Source: Anthoceros angustus (lineage: Eukaryota; Plantae; Anthocerotophyta). Taken from it: DNA of 64,000 nt. The stretch spans positions 1,364,001 to 1,428,000 of the forward strand of contig VJWM01000063.1 in assembly GCA_010909165.1 (NCBI GenBank). Reading direction: 5' to 3'. Below the pieces are notes generated by a model, which had not been told where the DNA came from, did no database searches, and saw only the letters and a program-made list of their open reading frames with translations. The position numbers and the translations under genes were made by a program. Shown in pieces: positions 60,291 to 64,000 of this stretch (the first letter of the stretch is position 1; every line of letters starts with the position of its first letter).

Positions 60291-62574
60291 CTATGTGCCT
60301 TCAACCTAAGAGGGTGACATTGATTGTCTGACATGTCTGACATTCCACTTAACAAAGAAAAACGAGTATACAGTGCATCCTCTCCCCGCTATGGAATACC
60401 ATATGGTCACTCGGCTTCGTGTGTGTGACTTTGTTTTCTTTGGGTGTACGCTACGGAAATATGCCATGGCATCTTTGAGATACTTGCGTACAATATATAT
60501 ATAATACGTGTCACATTAGCTTCGGTAGGTTCGTACGCGGGGCAAAAACTTTCTATGATACAATGTTAGCCTGGTGTTCCCATTGTGTCATGCACATGTT
60601 TTCTTGTTTAGGGTTTTGGGGTTCCGATCACCATACATACATATTAAACAGGCGGTCAAGACATTGTGCGAGTGCGGAGGCGGGGAGGCACCGCCGAGTA
60701 CTGCAGTGGATGCAGTGTGAAGCCACGCCTGCGTGACAGATCACCCTGCGTTATGTGGTCCAGTAGGTCCTTTGAACTTTACACTTGTGCACTACAAGCT
60801 TTTTTGGGTGCAAGCCTTGTATCTATGCAATTGTTTTCATGGAAGCCCTTCTTATGTTGGTCCTTGTGGTACAACCTTGTTTCGGGGTACTTAATGCTAT
60901 GTGAAACTGCACCTCCATAGGCAGCAAGAAACGTTCCAGCCTTGTATGCAGCCAGTGCCAAACACTGCAGCCCTGCACGCAAGGGCAAATGCACTCAGGC
61001 GCGTCGGCGGCAAACACAAACGATGACTGCAGCACAAATGCAAATATAAATGGCATGCCATCCACAAACGCCGCATACATACGCCGCCCAAATGCATGCT
61101 GCAATGACACAAAAACGCAAATGACCCTAAACGCAACCTTAAACCCGAGAGAAAAAAAGTTTCTATGTATCGTGAAAACTGTGTGTGCATCATCGGGTAG
61201 GTTGACGACATCAATACACCGGGTGGCCGCAGCCCCGACCAATGTGGTCATGCGTGAGATATCGAAATAGTTCCACCGTATGTGGCGGGACTATTTCTTT
61301 TTGTCCAAAACTCTAAAAACATGTGGATGCCGCATGACCACATCGGTATTCCATACCCTGCTGAGAGATTGACATACACTGAGAGATAGCGAGGTTGAGA
61401 GATTGAGATTCTCTCCCCGCTGAGAGATTAACCCGCAGGAGGGTGACATTGTGTGACATGTCTATATGTCAAAGAGTCTACAAATCCACCTTCGGGACTC
61501 TCCTCGTCGATCGCCATCTTCAGCGAAAGAAAGAAGAAAAAGAAGAATTTTATTTAAGTCCATTAAGGATGGATTTCTGTCATGGACTGAAATATGATAA
61601 CTACATAGATTGCGATAAAATAGTCTGGATGAATGTAAATATAAAATTCAAATAAGATAAATAATCTTCAGTGTCAATGAAATTGCGTGAACGAGGGCCA
61701 AACACCACCATTTCATCACGACAGCCGTCTATCGGAGCAGCCAGGAGTGGTGTGGGATATGACCCGATTTCATCATATAAAAGTAATTTTTTTTGCTTTT
61801 TTCACTTTTACTTTAACGCTGGATAGTCCCACGTACGAACTCGCTGTAGGAAATCGGGCGTTCCACATCCCCTGGACGTCACCGTCTTACTTTGTGAAGT
61901 GGGCAGAAGGCTGCGCAGCAATGAAGAATGTCGTAAAACTTGGCGCACCGTTCCATGCTTCTCGACACCTCTTCGTTCCTTCCTCTCCGCACAGTGCAGG
62001 AAAGGTGGAGTGGGTTATCTCTATCGCCATCTCCAGCGAGAGGGCTGAGAGAGGCCAGCAATCCACCCGCCTTGTCGATGAATGTAAAACAGCTGTTGCA
62101 TCACTGGCCATGCTAAATTTGCAGTCCAAGCGACTTTTGCTTTTGCTTTAGGAAAAGGTGGTCTCACGAAGGATGACGAATGAACTGCACGACGGTGTCC
62201 CTGGATGATCACCATGACAGGTTCTGAAGTAGGCAAACAGGCTGCTCAGCAAGCATCAATGTCAGAGCGATGTCGTAAAACACGGCGCTCCGCTCCATGC
62301 TTCTCGACACGTCGGTGGCGGCTCCAGAAGGAGGACAAAGCGAACTCATTGCAGGTGGTCCAATCAGGTCTGATCCAGCGCCCCTGTATTGATTTCCTCG
62401 AGGCTCGCAAACCTAAAATTGCACCATGCGAGAAAAGAAACATCCCGAGATTTGATAGGGCGTCGCAGGTTTGAGACTGGCATGGGCCATTCATTCCTTC
62501 ACAATTCCTCCCAAGAATTAGAGTGCTGATGACTATTTTTGGGCTTACTAGGGTTGAGCGAACTGCGAGCCGCG

Positions 62575-62700
62575 GCTACCAGCTGAACCAGCTCACACAG
62601 GGGGCCAGAAAACGGTTCAAGCAATCCAGCATATCCGATTTTCACCACCTCGGGCAAGCTCTGCAAAACCTTTTCCACATCATATCAAATTGTGGGGAAG
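62575..62700 (-). pseudogene. Unidentified exon YDVEKVLQSLPEVVKIGYAGLLEPFSGPLCELVQL
   Basis: Preceded by an acceptor (ctcatttcag). Homologous to 385-575 and 56850-57055. Confidence 0.45.
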
Positions 62701-63345
62701 CCCCTGAAATGAGGAAAACCACCAGAGAACCTAGAATGTGCAGCTCTGCAGTGCAGGATACTGCTCAACATTTCAGTGCAATCCAGTTACACTCCGGCGC
62801 CGTTTCGGCCCCTTTACCATCTTGTTCTGTTTGGCTGAGTGATGTTTAGCGCCATCTCCTGAACGTCATGCAGATTGCTGTCAGAAGATCGACCGAGTAG
62901 CGGTGGAGGAAGGTGATTGCACCAGGCTGTGGAAAATTCCGAATGAATTGGACGAGGCCTATTGGCTGGGGTGGGGCGCAACTGCTAACCCGCCATGCCA
63001 TTCCCGTGCGGAACCGGTGATGGCTCCGGTTACTCTTAATGTTACTATTATTCGGTTCATCCCCGGCTCCAGTTTACGGATCAGACAGAATCAGGTCTCG
63101 CACAGAGGCACAGTTGCACAACTTCTGTGCAGGCCCTGGGTTCGTGTCAACCTCAATCTGTCAACTGCAAGCCTCGAAAATATATTCAGTCGGTTGGAAT
63201 AATAGTAACATTAAGAGATGTCACAACCCAATTTCTCCGACTCAGGAACGGTGAACACCGGAGGAGACACTACCATTCTCAATTCTCAAATCTGACTGAG
63301 CGAGTCGACTCCAATCAAATCCGACTTCACGACCGGCTTACACAC

Positions 63346-63975
63346 CTGCAGGTCAGGCACTTGAGGCGCGACATTTCTGAGCACCATTTTGCTTGCCTCA
63401 AATGTAACCGTTCGCAACCCATGAGATTGTAATCACCCATGGCAGAACACTCAGATAAGCCATACGATTGACAGATGGCTTTGGCCACGGTTCCCAAACT
63501 TCTGAAGCAAACCATGCCCGGAAAGCTGCCCGATTGTAGCTGGGATAGAACCCCTATACAGTCCCTGCACACCCATCTGCAGCAGTGCTCATATAAGCTC
63601 GCTGCACTGAGGGTTGACGTCTGGACTCTTGTCTGCACAAACATACCCATGAATCAGGATCATGAAGGAAAATTTGATACAACAGCAGGCAGCAATGCCA
63701 GTAGTTTGGGAGTGGGAAAAACTGCAGGGAACTCAAAAGGCCAATATAAGAGTCCATTGACTCTAGTAACACCCGCCCACTCAAAAAAGTTAGAGAACGG
63801 AGTCACAACAACACTGGACGATCAATGAAAGTATCCAACTTGCCTTTAGATTGTGAAAGGCTGAGAATGTGCTTCAAAAGTGCCTTCAAGGGGTCAACTA
63901 GATGCAACACACAAGTTGACAGAGCACAGGCAAGACCACCAGCCAGGGCTGCCTTCAGCACACTTCCTGCGCCTT
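63346..63975 (-). pseudogene. Mitochondrial carrier (SLC25, Arabidopsis At2g35800-like) exon fragments
   Basis: AGSVLKAALAGGLACALST..VD.LK | TRVQTSTLS..GVQGLYRGSIPATIGQ | SHGLRTVTFEASKMVLRNVAPQVPDLQ. Frameshift, stop and a degraded PxDxxK signature. No further carrier exons seen downstream. Confidence 0.75.
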
Positions 63976-64000
63976 AAGATTGCCTTGGAAGACGGGTCTG

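Noticed and set aside
60666-60800. piggyBac-like Cys-rich tail (YCSGC..PRL)
   Set aside because: Too short, and no transposase, TTAA TSD or TIRs were found.
61880-62880. SLC4/Band-3 anion-exchanger relic
   Set aside because: Only vague resemblance (VRFVLLL..P; SRSM..FYDIA), and the true reading frame cannot be determined by eye.

Overview
Plant nuclear DNA, most likely a non-seed land plant or streptophyte (inferred from a secreted, intron-containing polyphenol oxidase, plant-type Copia/Ty3 primer sites and a plant mitochondrial-carrier fragment). The scaffold is a duplicated minus-strand polyphenol oxidase (PPO) locus. Copy B (57756-59358) has an intact 3-exon, about 409-aa frame. Copy A (1445-9194) is a pseudogene hit by TEs. 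Every nested insertion can be resolved by its target-site duplication (TSD). Copia-1 (2255-8613, TSD AGAAA) sits in PPO-A intron 1. Copia-2 (9257-36044, TSD GTTGG) sits 58 bp upstream of the PPO-A ATG. Copia-2 itself contains a young Copia-3 (11895-18816, TSD AACAC) and a 13.9-kb terminal-inverted-repeat (TIR) DNA transposon (19374-33244). That TIR element is the most unusual feature. It carries a Sola-like DDD transposase and, head-to-head with it, a large cargo gene with a ParB/Srx-like (GGNH) domain followed by a beta-class N4/N6 amino-DNA-methyltransferase-like domain. Further right are an internally deleted Athila/Tat-like Ty3 element (37119-50155, TSD CCATG), Copia relics, two MITEs and gene fragments. 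Much of the TE sequence is riddled with small indels and kb-scale tandem duplications, so many frameshifts may be assembly errors. All protein reconstructions were done by eye across frameshifts, with no database searches.
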